This document shows, piece by piece, positions 63,290 to 64,000 of a DNA stretch of 64,000 nt. The notes beneath the pieces are model-generated. The model was not told the DNA's origin. It saw only the letters and a list, made by a program, of their open reading frames with translations, and ran no database searches. Position numbers and translations under genes: made by a program. This DNA is from Octopus sinensis (Eukaryota), in contig NC_043002.1 in NCBI RefSeq assembly GCF_006345805.1, positions 57,040,001 through 57,104,000 on the forward strand, written 5' to 3'. Within the stretch, counting starts at the first letter, position 1. Each line of letters opens with the position of its first letter.

Positions 63290-64000
63290 ATGCTGAACCC
63301 AGAACCATGTGGATGGGAAGTAACCTTCTTACTACACGGCCTGTTAGCACATTATCTGGAAAAGTTTTTGTGCAGGCCACATCTGACCCTAAATGTTTTC
63401 ATTTTATGTTGGAACTGACCAGATGTGACCTCTCATACCTATAATTTTATTCTCAGAATAAACAATCCCATCATCAGAATCTCCAATCCCATCATCAGAA
63501 TCTCAACCTCTAAATTCAAAACAATTAATGCATGATTAATTCAAAACAATGTAAATAAGTTTTACATTTCGTGCAGTAATCTGAAAGCTAAAAACTTAAA
63601 GCACATACTTTCGCACCCCACCCAACCTCACAGATGCTTTTTCTTTTTTTTCCTAATTTTTTTTTTTTGTGTGACATTTTTTGAAAGTAATGTCTTGTAT
63701 GACATCCAGTGCAGTAATGTTGGCTTAGACCCTGTTCATGTAGATAAACATGCTATAAACCTTATTAAATCACCATTTCTACTGTTCACTTGATCGACAT
63801 GTGTCAATATTTGGTTTATTTTAAACCTCTCTTAATTCATTTTATCTATTTGCAGTTCCTATCTTCACTGCAAGCTGTGACTCTAAGTGTTATCTATTTT
63901 CTATTGTATTTATTTGAGATGTTTTTATTTGGTGTGTGCATATCTAAATCGTTCTTTTTTCATAGTATCTATACTATAAAAGGAAACACTTAGTTGTCTA

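Noticed and set aside
61524-63444. Long ORFs of 421-618 aa (ERERQT / SLSLSV repeats)
   Set aside because: They are translations of the (CT)n-GTCG minisatellite, with no stop codons because of the repeat composition.

Overview
AT-rich, microsatellite- and transposon-dense animal genomic DNA. The SINE families resemble those I associate with octopus/cephalopod genomes (inference; no database search run). Only one host coding exon is supportable: 41503-41926 (+), a PDZ domain of the NHERF/EBP50 family ending in a strong GT-AG donor; the rest of the window downstream is probably its intron. Everything else is repeats: tRNA-derived SINEs, several Tc1/mariner relics and MITEs, fragments of L1/Tx1, CR1/L2, RTE-BovB and RLE-type LINEs, two LTR relics, Helitron/Helentron-like pieces, and long simple repeats that produce almost all ORFs in the track. 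The most notable unexplained signal is about ten type-I hammerhead ribozyme (HHR) motifs on both strands. They occur in a ~480-bp tandem repeat (retrozyme/Penelope-terminal-repeat architecture), in a near-perfect 69-bp-arm palindrome carrying two cores, and in a tRNA-headed SINE-like element with a hammerhead in its tail. CpG decay in SINE copies also shifts sharply around 48 kb, consistent with gene-body methylation.
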